A DNA stretch of 63,322 nt, the filler included, from Trichosphaerium sp. ATCC 40318 (lineage: Eukaryota > Protista > Tubulinea), in assembly GCA_038496445.1 (NCBI GenBank). It is 3 parts of 3 records of this genome, joined end to end, with 100 filler letters (N's around TTAATTAATTAA, not from the genome) between each part and the next. Parts side by side here need not be neighbours in the genome. Positions count along the whole stretch, not along the records: positions 1 to 16,289 come from JALMLS010000055.1; positions 16,390 to 47,503 come from JALMLS010000622.1; 1 more part is not named here. One strand, 5' to 3'. Positions 13,301 through 26,380 of this stretch are shown piece after piece. The first letter of the stretch is position 1. Each line of letters opens with the position of its first letter. Below the pieces are notes generated by a model. The model was not told where the DNA came from and made no database searches. It saw nothing but the letters and a program-made list of their open reading frames with translations. The position numbers were made by a program, and so were the translations under genes.

Positions 13301-13609
13301 TGCTTAAATGCGACAATAGGGACTTTAATGCTCCTGCTGTTAGCATATCCGTACAGGTACTGTTGATTATACAATTGGAGACTCTAATGACATGTATAGG
13401 CGGCAAAACCGGGCGAGTTGAGCGACAGACGGATAGGCATTTTTGACGTTTCTCCAAGAGTTTCTAGACCAACGTCTGGGTCATTATGGAGTGCTCCAGG
13501 ACAAGTAACAAGCAGACCTGATAGGTCTGTTACGTTTACTATTGGTAATAAGGACAAGGATATAGATTCATGTACCACACCAACCAACAAACAATACCAA
13601 ACTACCTAA
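10360..13609 (+). CDS. Recoverin/calcineurin-B-like EF-hand + inositol polyphosphate kinase (IPK family) + C-terminal aegerolysin-like beta domain
   Basis: EF part: KGTPEEKLTFTFKMMDRSDKGFL. IPK motifs: QVAGH, MEDLTYGYDKPCIMDIK, SSLGFRICGM, SSILFIYD, VKIVDF-AH. Tail: RTAVIEINNTT...WTQAPPTKIAPG...VAY...ITFSWRTP. Confidence 0.85.
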
Positions 13610-13978
13610 AAAGAAAAAAAAAAACTCGAAAAAAAAATTTCATCAAAACTCTTTTTTTTTTAATGGGCTGTACAAAGTGTAACAAGTAAAAACCTTATGT
13701 TTCTAGAGCAAGATATAGTACATATAACTATCCATAGGGGTCTACGCTCTCAAAGAATATCTTCAATCAGCGTAATAAATAACCGCCGGTCACGCGAATT
13801 CTCAGGTTTTTTTTGAAGAAAAAACGCGGCAGTACAAAACAAAAAACTGTCCATTCCACTTTTTTCAGGCGTTAAATTTATTGTCACAGCATCTCTCTTT
13901 TTGCGTGTCATTAATCTACCTTGTTTGAACCACCTCTGTATCTACGTTTATTAAAGTTGTGAACATACATAACTTCAA

Positions 13979-16289
13979 ATGGCAGCTTCCGGCCCTCATT
14001 CTAGAAAAAAAAAGGCACGATGATACTCCTAAGCGTATTTGTATGTCTAATTCAATTGTAGGTTAATATTCGCGGTTCAGCGAGTGTTTCTAGTATAGCA
14101 AAAGGCGGGGTGCAAGAGAGAGAAGCTACGTCAGAGGAGAGGGCTGAATTCGAGAAACAACTACAAAAGTACACGATCACCGCTAATTGCTTCTAATGGC
14201 TTCAAGATTCGAAATAGGCAAGAGTGACATCACAATGGGTAAAAAACTAGGTGTTGGTACATTTGGTGAGGTGTTTGAGGGTACACTTCACGGCAAGGAC
14301 GTCGCTGTTAAGCGCCTAATAATACAGGATCCAAATCAGAACACATTAGATGCATTCAGAAAAGAAATAGCGCTTTTCAGGCATGTCATTATTAAAAATG
14401 CTCTAAACGGGACTAACGATATTACGTAGTAATCTAAAACACCCTAACGTATTATTATTTATGGGGGCTTGTACTGAAGTAGGGGATTTAATGATAGTCA
14501 CAGAACTCATGCGTAAGGTAGATATAAACCATCTCATGGCGTTTTTACCAACTTCAACTAAAATTTAGCGTCGTTTCTGACCGATAAACGTTTTTGCAGT
14601 TTTTTTTTTCTTTCACTTTACGGCTATCTGGTAAAATATTATTCCTGACGCGTTTAAAACTATCAGGGCTCTGTTCGCAAAGTACTTAAAAGGGAAAAAA
14701 AAAAGTTAACGTTTGCTCAACGTATGGACATGGCTAGACAGGCAGCACAGGGAATGAACTGCTTACATAACACAGACCCTGTCACCATTCACAGGTAGGT
14801 TGATCACAATTCACCTAATTTTTTTTTTGAGCTCACGATCATCAAAAACCGCTTTGTTTGTGCTGCGCAGAAGGATTTATCTGAATTCTTAACATAAAAA
14901 AACAAATTGTTTTTTTTTTTTTTTGCTGTCAAACGTTTGCTGTTGCTCACGTGTTTTCTTCTAGGGATTTGAAGACACCTAATTTATTGGTGGATGAAGA
15001 TGGCCGCGTTAAAGTTGTACGTTGAAGATAAATTATTTATGATAAAAACGTTTTTCTCTTTTTTTTTTGCTTGTGATTGGCAGTGAACAGTTGTAATAGA
15101 ATTTTAGGCTGATTTCGGTCTAAGTCATGTTAAAGCTCAAGGAGATGATCCTGCAGCGTATGGAACCGTTGGTACACCATTATGGATCGCACCTGAGGTC
15201 TTACAGAATGAATCGTACGATTTGATTGCTGTGAGTAAAGTATTGGTAATTAACTTTTTTGTTTTTAGGTATAATGAAAAGTGCGATTTATACAGTTACG
15301 GTATGGTCTTATGGGAGATTTTAACTGGTTCTGATCCGTTCCCTGAAATCGAAACATACTCTTCTATGGTGCAGGCTGTATGTCAAGAGCATAAGCGCCC
15401 TGTTATACCTGCTAACTGCCCACCAACACTCAAAAAGATATTGGAAGCTTGTACGTTTAAAAAAAGCTTGAAAACTTTTGGCTTTTTGTGCAGGTTCATG
15501 TACTAACTGAATTGTTATAGGCTGGGATGCTAACCCAGAGAACAGACCATCATTCCAAGACGTACGTTACGAAATTTTTTTTATTTAACAGTTAATTTCT
15601 TCGAATTTAATTGGTTCTACACGTGCTAAAATGGTTTTAAATTAGATTCTGGATGATTTTGAGAGTATTGTGATTGAAGGGACATTGAAAGATAAACGTG
15701 GTATTAGGTTTTGGAAGAAATACTTCAAAGAAGAGGTAAAGAAGCAGTTTTACAAAAAGCATAAAAAAAATCCAAAAAAGTTTCTTGAGTTTTACTTATG
15801 CGCCGTTTCGTTTAGACAGAGGTCACGTGGGATGAATTTATTGCAAAATTTACAAAATTTCTGGGTAAAGAGTTGGTGAATGAGGAGATGACGGCTTGCT
15901 TGGAGATGTTGTTAGGTACTGTTTTTTATTGAAGCAAAGAAATGCTTTTTTTTTTTTTTTTGAATGCTTGTAACATTAATTCCTGGTAGCCAAGGATGAC
16001 GAAGTTACTATGGATAGTTTTTATAGATTCCTACAATGGTTTGGACCTCTTAATGGTAAAGAAACACTAGACACTGTACGTGCAGGAGCAAGGTTAAAAA
16101 AACCTTAAAAAAAAAGTCAAAGTTTCATTCGAAGAATGTTTGTTGACCATAGTGTGCTTTTAGGTTCGTAGTGTTTTATCAGAAGAGTGGTTTCACGGAG
16201 ATATTTCATCAGGTCAAACAGAAAAACTTTTAAAAGGAGCTTCTAGAACAGGTAACCAACAGTTTTCTTATTTTATTCTTGAATATTCA
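13979..16289 (+). CDS. Tyrosine-kinase-like kinase with C-terminal SH2 domain (Dictyostelium SHK type), 3' truncated at the gap
   Basis: LGVGTFGEVFEG, VAVK, HRDLKTPNLL, ADFGLS, GTPLWIAPE, FLQWFGP, then the SH2 start WFHGDISSGQTEKLL. Confidence 0.88.
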
Positions 16290-16389
16290 NNNNNNNNNNN
16301 NNNNNNNNNNNNNNNNNNNNNNNNNNNNNNNNNTTAATTAATTAANNNNNNNNNNNNNNNNNNNNNNNNNNNNNNNNNNNNNNNNNNNN
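16290..16389. other. Artificial contig linker (N44-TTAATTAATTAA-N44)
   Basis: Stops in all six frames flanked by Ns; same design as 47504-47603. Confidence 0.98.
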
Positions 16390-18360
16390 AACAAATAAGA
16401 AAAAAAGAGGAAAATACCATTGAGCAGCTCGTGCGTTTCTTTTATAAAATTTACTCCAATCCCATTTGAAATAAGGATCAATAAGTTCTAGAGAATGTGG
16501 AAATGATTTAACAAAAGAACTAGATCCCCATGTTGCCAATTCATCCTTTGACACTCTGTACCTATAAAAAACTTTAACAAAAACAAACAAGAATGTGTTC
16601 CTTGCAATTTCTCTTTGTAGTAGTTTGATTAAGGCGCCATGTGCCCCTTATAATATAAACGATTTTATATTATGTTAATTATAGTACATTTACATCAATA
16701 CTTTCGAGCCTTACAACCGAAATGTTGTGGAGGGATAAGAAAGGAAAAGTTTGGGTTTTTTCTTGACAGAAAAAAAATAGCAGCTTACCAACTCTCTGAT
16801 GTAGTTATCCCCAAGAAGTTTTTAATTTTCTTCAAGTAACCAAAATCAGTTATTGGTACTGTATATCCTTTGAATACCCTTGAAATAGCATTTGCAATAG
16901 ATTTATACCTAAGGTACCAGACATTAAACACTGACTTAAAAAATAATTCGGAAAAACAGTTTCAAAGTGTCGTTTCACTGACAAACCGCAAAGCGTTGTT
17001 TAGATGAACATAAATAAAAGTACACAGTGTTGATAAATGTATTAGGTTCAACCTACTGCGTTTTGTTTTGTGTGATACGCGTGGTTGTACTTTTTTTTGG
17101 AATCCAAAGTTAAGTTACCTTCTTATTATTAAGCCGCCTCCAGTTTTTCTGATGACATCGCTATTAGTCAATGCTAATTGTTCTAAATCTTTTATATTCA
17201 GTTTCTTTGCAATATCATTTAGCCGATCAACTTGTGTATCAATGTCATTCCAATTTTTATTAACACCAATGCGTCTTTTAATAAAGCAGTTAAAAAACTA
17301 AAATTAAAGAAAAAAAATCTGATTTTTTGGTTGATTTGTAGTACGTTATCTTGGAAGTATTCCATTTTTCTTTTGGAAATAGTCTAGATAATGCCGTGTG
17401 AAAAGATCCGTTATAATACCTAGATAAGAAGATGATAAATACGTAAAAAATAACCATTTGAATTGTGATGAAATGTCAAAAAATGTGTCAAAGTTTGTTC
17501 TTGGCTGAATCACTAATATTTGGCTCCACGTTTCATACTTGGTCTTAAGACGAAGAAAATTACACTTTTCTGGGAGTTTCTTTTTGTCTAAGACACGAAA
17601 AGTTTCTACAGATGAATCTTTGGGAGTGGGAGCAAAAAACTTCGCAAAAGAAAACGCACTTTTTGATAATGTTTTGAGTATCACGTGCTAGTATCTCGGC
17701 TTGGACTTCATGCCTTTTTTATAGGGTGCGATAAGTATTTTGTCGCATTTTAATTGTTTTGGTTTTACCAATGAGTTATATTTGTTGCTCCACAATTACT
17801 AGCCAATTTTTTAATGTACTCTCGTTGATGAGAAAAATCATCCCAATAATTTCGTAAAGCCAACCTTTTCTTTTGTAAGAAAAAACAAAGAATAGTCAAA
17901 AACAATGCGTTCAAAGGGATGTCTGATTAGAAGAAATATTCAAGAGCGCGTATATGGAAAAAAGACAGCAACGGCAAGTGACGTCAAGATGAGGTTTTTT
18001 ATAACAAAACTTTTTGACAATGACGATTTTTTATTTTTTTAAAATGACCCTTTTCTTGACAATTGCACATCTTTGACGTACTTGAACTTCCAATCTTCCC
18101 AATAAAATTCAGCGTATATATGCTTAAGTGCGTTTTCAATTGACCCTTTGTATCTAGGGACATAAGAAACTACAGTAGAAAAAAAAGAGAAAAAAAAGGG
18201 TACATCTTCAGCACTGAGCTTGCTAAATCCCTGATTTCCCAGTGTGCTGTAATGTACCAATCTGAATATAACTTTATACCAAGACGTATAGCTATAGAAT
18301 CGAACAACTGACGCTGTGTTGACAGATCTCTCCGTTGTTTGCTTGGAATCCAACTAAAGG
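16390..18360 (-). CDS. Multi-exon hypothetical protein with repeated W/Y-containing helical units, 3' truncated
   Basis: Spliced segments such as YKGSIENALKHIYAEFYWEDWKF, KNWNDIDTQVDRLNDIAKKLNI, YKSIANAISRVF and SLELIDPYFKWDWSKF repeat a similar motif. Family not assigned. Confidence 0.5.
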
Positions 18361-19495
18361 ACGAATTAAATACAAAATTTCAAACAAACCCAAAAAAAAA
18401 AAAAAAGAAAAAAAAAGAAAGAACTAATACTATAATAGAGAGGACTCTAAGATTCCACTATAATTATATTTCATAGCTATATATAGGAAAGAGTCGATTC
18501 TATCATAAAATTGAAAATAGAGAGCGAGTGTAACAAAGTATTTGACTTGGGAACAGAAAAGCCAATCGAAGCAAAAACAAAATCTGAAGAACAAAAAAAA
18601 GGTCCTCAGTCCACATACTCTAAACGAAGGTCATCCCAATTATGTTGAGGGTAAAGACTCCTAAGAGTCTTTGCCATAGAACCATCATACGACCTAGAAG
18701 TTGGCTTAGACAGCTGTTTTTCTGCTGTCACTTACTTCCTAACGATAGAACTACCTCCGTTAATATGTACATCGTAGCTAGAGACGAAGTTCCATTCGTC
18801 AAGAAGTTTTACGTTCAACTTTTTGCCAATCTCATCAAATCTATTCCTTTGATGGTCTATCCGACTCCAATATTGCTTTGGCACGCGTCTGGACTAAAGG
18901 TTAGTTGATTTCTGGGGTTTAGGGTTTTTTTGGCTGTACGTGAAGTTTAGCGAACACCATGGATATTCTGGAAAGGTAGCGCTCAGGGTTCGAGATAGAG
19001 AACCATTGTAGCTGCTTCTGTTTGAGTGTCAATTCGAAAAAGTAATCTGTACCGTTGCAAAGCACTCACACCAGCGCTTGATGTGATATCGTTTGCTGAT
19101 TTAGTGTACCAAACATCCAGAACGTGTACACGTTCTTTTTGTCCAATTTCGTTAAATACTACTCTATGTTGCGCTCTTACGCCTACAAAGCGTTACAACA
19201 ACTTTACACAATCTGAAATGCTACAAATTTGTTAAATGACATTCTCTTACTTGCTGAATATGCTCTCATCTAGAACTAAGCACAACTACACTATTCAAAT
19301 CCATTGTAGTTTAAATACAACTCGACAGAACGTAACGGTATTATTAATGGGTTCCACGAGCTCTTATTCCCTTCAGATTAAATGTGAAACACAGTGTATT
19401 GCTGTGGCGCTCTTTTTAGCACCCGACAAACTCTCGGGTGAAAAACGAACAATTTGAGTCAACCTCTATCACCATTTCATCTGACGTGTGACACC

Positions 19496-20990
19496 ATGGA
19501 CCCACTGTATGTGGTAAAGATGATAGGCGTGTATATCATGGCCGTACTATTCTTTATAATGATTTGTGCCATGCCTACGATCCTAACAGTCTCTACTATC
19601 CTTATATCGCCTCTGCTGTTAATTGCGTTAAACCAAAGGCAGCTACAGATCGTGTACTGCCGCGTAGCAGAGTTTTATTTCCCTGTCATGGACTGGCTCC
19701 TTGAAGAATGGGGTGGTAGCCGTCTACACTTCTCTGGTGATGATATACCGGAACAAGAGGATGCTCTGATCTTCAGCAACCATTTAGTTGGCATAGATTG
19801 GCTTTTGATGCCTATACCTTTAGGACTGGTATGTCTTATTACATTTAGAGCGTGTAGGCTAATTCGGGACCAGCGTAAAGGAAGAGTTGGCAGTCTCAAG
19901 TTTTGTGCTGCTGATTACATATTCTACATCCCTGGGTTCGGATTGTGCATATACATGATGGGTACAGTATTTTTAAGCCGAAACTGGACTAAAGTACGTC
20001 ACTTGCTTTGAATTGCCGCGTCTACGCTATGAACGCATTACAGAACCACTGCTAAGAGGTTTAGGATAAAGCTACAATGGATAAAACATTTGCCCGCCTT
20101 AAAAACAAGAAGGTACACATCACAGCCTTATAACTAAGCGTTTTGAAGCCATTTAAAGAATTTTGTGGTAAAAAAGATCATTCGTTTTTGTATTTTGTTG
20201 AAACAAGCCCATTTGTACTCTATCGCACGTATATTACTATGGAGGGCATCGGGAGGTGGGTGTTTTTGTATTTCCCAACTTTGGTAAAGTGGGGTGGGTT
20301 TTTCTCGAGTTTTACTTTATTAATTAATGCTTTTTATTAGTTGCCTTTCTGGCTTGTTTCCTACCCAGAAGGAACTCGTAAGACAGAAAAAAAGTTAAAA
20401 CTAAGCCAAGATTGGGCAAAGAAAAATGATAAACACGTTTTTAATCACGTGCTTTATCCTAGATTCAAAGGATTTGTTGGAACAGTTAAAACGATGAGGT
20501 TTGATGATTTTAATAATGATTGAAGTGTCTGACTGTTTCTTTTCAGAGATAGTGTTGATGCGCTCTATGATATAACTATTGCGTACCAAGGAGGACCATG
20601 GCATACAATGCAGTTTGTTTTAGGCATCTTGATGCGCCAGTAAGTGTTTAATTCATGAAAAGCTTTCCGCGTTTTTTTTTACTTCAACTTTGTTCACTTC
20701 AAATGTTTGTCAGCTGATGTTCCTTTAGTCCTTTTGATATACATATAAATATCAAGAGGTACCCTATTAATGAGGTACCTAACGATACAGAAGGACTAAG
20801 AAAGTTCTTACTTGATAGATGGATTGCAAAAGAAAAACTTTTGCAGGTACAAACAACAATCTACTTTTTTTCCTTTTTTGACTTTAAACTGAACCTCTCT
20901 CTTTAGGATTATCATGACAATGGATGTAAATTCGAAGGCGCTCACCCAATACCAAGAAAATTTATTGCAATGAAAACAAACTGGAACTAG
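19496..20990 (+). CDS. 1-acylglycerol-3-phosphate / lysocardiolipin acyltransferase (AGPAT3-5/LCLAT1-like)
   Basis: NHLVGIDW (HxxxxD), FLSRNW, YPEGTR, VLYPRFKGF, YDITIAY; N-terminal TM segment. Confidence 0.9.
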
Positions 20991-21375
20991 TACATGACGG
21001 TATCTCCACAACCTCACGTAAATCGTTTTTTTTTATCTGAAAAAAAAAACAAAACCGAGGACAGAACACAAAAAGAAGGTCACCGTCACAACCCCAAAAG
21101 GTTTATGTCAAAAATATATTTAATTTTATGATCACGTGACATTGTTTTTGTAGTATTTTCTTGTACACGTGTGTGGAATCAAACAACAAAAAAAAAACTT
21201 GCAACACGTTTTTTTTTCTTTCAATCTTTTTTTCTTTTCCTTCTTCTTTTTCTACTTTATTTAAAGTTTATGCCTTGTATTTGATCTCTTACTCTTGGTT
21301 CTACGGTAAGGTTTATCTGATACAGGTACTGCAAGCGTAGTAGCGGATTTCTGCTTTTTTGTTTTCTTCCAAAAT

Positions 21376-23980
21376 TTATTCTTTGATTTTCTTGTTTCCT
21401 CTCTTGAGCTCGCAGCTGCCTCCATTAAGCTTGGTGCCTCACTAGCACTTCTGTTACGATTCTCTGAACTTGTTCGTGACTCTACAGTGGCAAAAGTAGA
21501 TGCTCTAGACCTTGTAGTCTCCTCTGTTTGTCGTGGTAAGTTATCTATTGAGGATCGTTAGTATCCAAAATCCAAGTAATCAGACCTCTACTTTTAGTGT
21601 CCTGGGCAGTCCACTTTATCCATCTACGCCATGATTCAACACCGCGAGCGATATTATTTGTTATTTGCATTCTTGCGTATCCATCTAGATAAAACAACTA
21701 CACGTGAGAAACACGTGAAAAGAGAACAAGCTTTTTGAAAAACTTCTTTTTCGCTTTTGTTCCAAAATTGTTTTTTTGACTTGCCTGAACGAGAGGCCAT
21801 TAAAGAATTATCAGAAGTTATCCTATGTATTTAATAAATATTTAAGATTATTATGTTAATTTCACACTTACCAATGTCGAATATCTTTACTTGTCTTTGA
21901 TTCAATGCCCTTTTTTTAAAATCTATTAATAACAACATATCAAAAAAAAAAAAAAAACTGCACTAATGTCTGTTACCTCAAAAAGCCGGAGTGAGAAATA
22001 AAGTAACATGCTTGAATTTCGTTTTAGTATAACCAAAGCCTCAGCACATAATGATACGAAAATCTTCCATATTTTAAGAGATACCATCGCCTCTTTAAGC
22101 TCTAAAAAAACCCATAAGATTTGTATCTTCAAAAAAAAAAAGTTGTGTCTAACCTGGAGGAATTGCAAACCTTGGACCAATCACATTTTTCGTCTACAAA
22201 AGCGTTAATTACAGAATTAAACAACAAACATTATTACCCTCTGTTCAAAATTATGGCCTAGGTCCACGTGATATATGTAGTGCTTGGTCTAATAAACAAT
22301 GAATAACTCCAATTTTTTTTTCTCCAATCGTCGTACAGTAGAAACCAAAATATTATCTGGATGGCTATCACGAATACCCAGAACCTTGTGTTCAGTAAGC
22401 CATGAATAACAGTATTATATCCATTTATACTACTATAAAACGTACCCATCTGGCTGTATATCCACCGGCTGCTGAAGCAATGAATGTATCACGCTGTTCG
22501 GGTGAAAGAGTTGCCAAAAATTGTTTCCAATTTACTTTCATCACAGGTAAGCAATCAGGAATAAACTCAATCCAACCAGAGTTTACGCTTAATAAAAAGC
22601 GTTAATCAATGCAACGGGTTGCAATTTTTTTAACACGTGGGAATCACGTGGGTTTCACAAAAACCCCCGAAAATGAAGGTGAAATATTTTTTTGTACCTC
22701 GCCGGCATTACTCTGTATTGTTGTACAAATGGTTTTAAAGGCATATTAGAGTTCTCCCACATACGATTCATTATGAATTGTAGACTATGCATTAAGAAAT
22801 CCTGGCTTAGTTTATCATCAGTTTTCCAAACAAGTTTCGAAATAGTCTTGTTCTTTCTCCTAACAAAAAAAAAATTAACAAACAATACCAGAAATTCTAC
22901 AAGTTATTCAAAAAACTACAAAACTGCATATGTGATGGTTAGTTGAACTATATTTATAGGTACCTGAATTCCACTAGAAGAGGTTTAGTACTGCTTTTGA
23001 TTACTTGAAGTATAACTGCTTCTTCAACAGAATATCCAGTGAATGGTTCAACAATTGGATCTGTTAACTCGATGACATCTCCTTTAGAGCATTGTGCAAG
23101 ATGACTCTCGAATTCTCTTAGGTTTCTTAGACCATCACTTATGATCCACGTCAGGTGCGTGTTTTGAAAACCGTAGCCAATCATCTTGAGCCTGTGTTGT
23201 TCATCAAAAATCTGTTATCACGTTTTGTCTTTTTTTTGCGAAATGTTTGTATGTATGTACCAATATATCTGACATCCTAGGAGAGGTTCTTCTCCTACAC
23301 GAACAGCCAAGTTCTTAAGAATGGTATCGTATACTTTATCATCTTCTGTAGCTTCCAGGAATCGGATAATGAGAGGCTAAGTAAAAAAACAGTAAGTCGT
23401 TTTACTCAAATTTTTTTTGATTGAGTTTTTTATCGTACCATGTACCAATACAATTGGTTTGTTGTCATACCGAGTATAGCCTTAGGTTCTTAAACAAGGG
23501 TAAGTTAAAATCCAAAAAGGAAAAAACTGCGCAAGGTACAACTAGCGACGAAAGAAAAAAAAAAAAATCAAAAAAACTAACTGCTTACAACAAAAAAATT
23601 GAAAGAGCGTTTCTTTGGCTCACCTAGAATATCGTTCGTATACTGAAACATAAATAACCCATCTTTTACCTTCCCTCTACGTCTCTTCTTCCTAACACAT
23701 ACTGATTTATCCCATCCACATAGTACTACACCAGTAGAAAGTTCTTTAAGCGCCTTAACAAAAAAAAAAATAAATAACTAATTTCAAACTTCTTTTTTTG
23801 AGTTTAAAACACGTGATATCAGATAAAAATATAACAATTCGGCGTATTTAAGAATTAATTAAAGGCGTTTTTACGTACTTGTTGTACTTTATTTCTAACT
23901 TGTTCGTTATCGTGATCAAGTAATGTAATAAGTTCTAATATTGGTTTAGGTATTTTTTTAGCTCCTTCCGTTGCTTCCAT
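21376..23980 (-). CDS. Divergent, compact PI3/PI4-kinase-family protein
   Basis: VIKSSTKPLLVEF, VWKTDDKLSQD (cf. FKxGDDLRQD), GWIEFIP, FIASAAGGYTA..VLGIRDSHPDNIL (cf. DRH.DN), YHVDLGH (cf. HIDFG). Confidence 0.75.
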
Positions 23981-24388
23981 TGTTGTAATTTCTCAAAACG
24001 AATGAAAACGTGATAAATCACATGGTTTACAAATACAGACGTGCTCAGAGGTTTTGAGCGCTATTGATTAGGCGCAACTATAAGCTGTACTTACTTACAG
24101 GCGTTTAAAGGCTAAAAACTACGAAAGCTGCATGTTGCGGTTTAATTTTCTCAATTCACATTGTGTCCCAATCCTACTCGAAACAAAAAATACCTTCTGA
24201 AGCTTCTCGCATATCATTGATGTAAATGAAAGTTAAGTATCAGCACGTGCAATAGAATGGCTGGATGGAGTGAACCAATGAACGTTTTTTACACTCACAA
24301 CCACTTGATGGTGTTATGAGAGTAACTCTGAGTATTACAGATAAAGTTGATGTTCTGATATCTTAGGAATTTTTCGATGGCAAGTTCT

Positions 24389-25911
24389 TTATTTTTTAAG
24401 CTTTGCAAGCTCTTTAATATGACTTGGTCCAATACCACAGCATCCACCGATTATAGTAAAACCTCTTTCATCATTCCATCCTTTGGACACAGACAAATAA
24501 TCTTCCTACAAAAGAAAAACAATATGAGATTTTTTTTAAAGAAAAAAATCCCAAAAACCATAAACCCCCTCCAATTGTGCTGACGTATAAAAGTATAAAA
24601 CATAATATATCATTGAAAATACTTGTGTGTATAATCTCTATCATTTAAAAACACCACGAAACCCTCATATGTCCAAGCAACCTTGTGCAAATCCAAAAAA
24701 AAAGAAAGAAAAAAAAAAAAAAGCAGGATAAAAATATCGTACAGGAGAAATATCTCTCATTGCTCTGAAGCCGGATCCTTCGTATTCGGTTTTCTCAGGC
24801 ATAGGTTCGAAAGCGTTTGCGTAAGCACCTAAGTGACAATTCTTTCCTTTAATGGCTTCTTTGAGCATAGGAACAGCACTTGTTATTGATGCGATTGAAC
24901 AGCAATTGACAAGCAACCCTGAGATCCTATCAAACCCAAATTCTTTCTCAATATTATCCAAGGCTTCTTTAAGACTCTGACCTTTCTGGGAGAGAAATTC
25001 TAAAAGGTTTAAGAAGAAAGAAGATAAAATCTTAGCTTTTTGGGTTTCTTCCACTTTTTTTCGTCTTTTCAAACGAACCTGGATTGGTGTCATCAAGAGT
25101 GATGCTCAGAAGTATAGGTTTCCCTTGAGCGTGATTGTAACCAGCTTTGAGTGCTTCCAGCATCTCAGTACTATGAGACATGGTTTCGGCAATGAAGATA
25201 TCAACATCTTTTGCTAAGTTCTTTGCGATCTGTTCATTTGTAAGTAGGGTTTTTGTGTTTTCTATTTTTTGAGTTGCATGTACCAGATCGTATGTCACAA
25301 CCATCTCTGATACAGGTATCATCTTATCGGGCCTATAAGATGCTGATAGAGGTGGTAAACTACCTAAAACAAGAAAGGTAAGGCGACTTTATGGATTTTT
25401 TTTTTGGGAAGAAAAGTTGTTAAACTTGCCTGCGATAAGGACACCTTCTTTCTTGGCGTTTGTGCGCTTTTACAGCACATGTAGCAGAAAGAGCAGTAAG
25501 ATCTCCAACACGATCTTGTTTGTTCACTTTCGACAGATAGAAAGGAGTAGCTGCGTAATTCGAAGTAGTAATGATATCGGCTAATCAAAACAAAAACAAA
25601 ATTAGAAAGTGGCGTTCTACGCCACGTGACTTTTTTGAATTTTGTTGAAAAGAACCTCCAGCTGCTATGTAGTCTTCATGTACTTTAGTTACAGCGCTTG
25701 GTTGCTTTAGAAGAGCTGCAGATGACCATATCTCAGTGTCGCAAAGAGAAGGATCTCTACCCTAAAGAAAAGCGAAAAACTTGTGAAAAACTAGAAAGGC
25801 CAAGAAATAAACGCGAGAAACGTCTTTATTAGGTTGGAATTACTCTATTCTGATACATACCTTGAGTTCGCGACCCATACCACCGTCTAGAACGTAGAAA
25901 GCTTTATTCAT
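24389..25911 (-). CDS. Homocysteine S-methyltransferase
   Basis: VLDGGMGREL, VHEDYIAAG-ADIITTSNY, DIFIAETMS, LVNCC, GAYANAF, IIGGCCGIGPSHI. Confidence 0.92.
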
Positions 25912-26380
25912 TTGTCAAACTTGATTAAAATAGTGTTAAGCGGTTGATTACGCTTGTATTTGATGATTTATGGTTAGGGATGGGTATACCGTCAACGTTG
26001 AGTCTTGGGAACGCTAAGTAGTACACGCGACTCCGTTTTTCCGTTTTAGTATCCTTAAGTGACTATAAACAACTCCGAGATTGTTACTAGAACTCGAGGG
26101 ATAAACTTCTGTTCGTGTGACAGCGAATTCTAGCAAAAAAATTTGCTTTGTAGCCAAGTGTCAAAAACTTCTCCTCACTACACGGCTCGCAATGTTTTTG
26201 TCAGCAAACACGTGATTGTGCAATTATGATGTTTTACCGAAGTTCATAGCAAAGCTATCTGTGGTTGTTGTGCGGAGCTCTGGATGCAGTAATTTACCTT
26301 TAAGCAGTGAAGAAAAAACGAGACCAAAAGTCTGTTTTCTGCTCTTCGCCTCAAAGTTCGACTTGTCAGCAGTCTTCATC

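Noticed and set aside
16290-16389. TTAATTAATTAA within N runs (also at 47504-47603)
   Set aside because: Synthetic linker with stops in all frames; adjacency across it is not biological.
26049-26056. GTATCCTT U12-like donor upstream of the CaMK gene
   Set aside because: Intergenic, with no matching branch site or exon context found.
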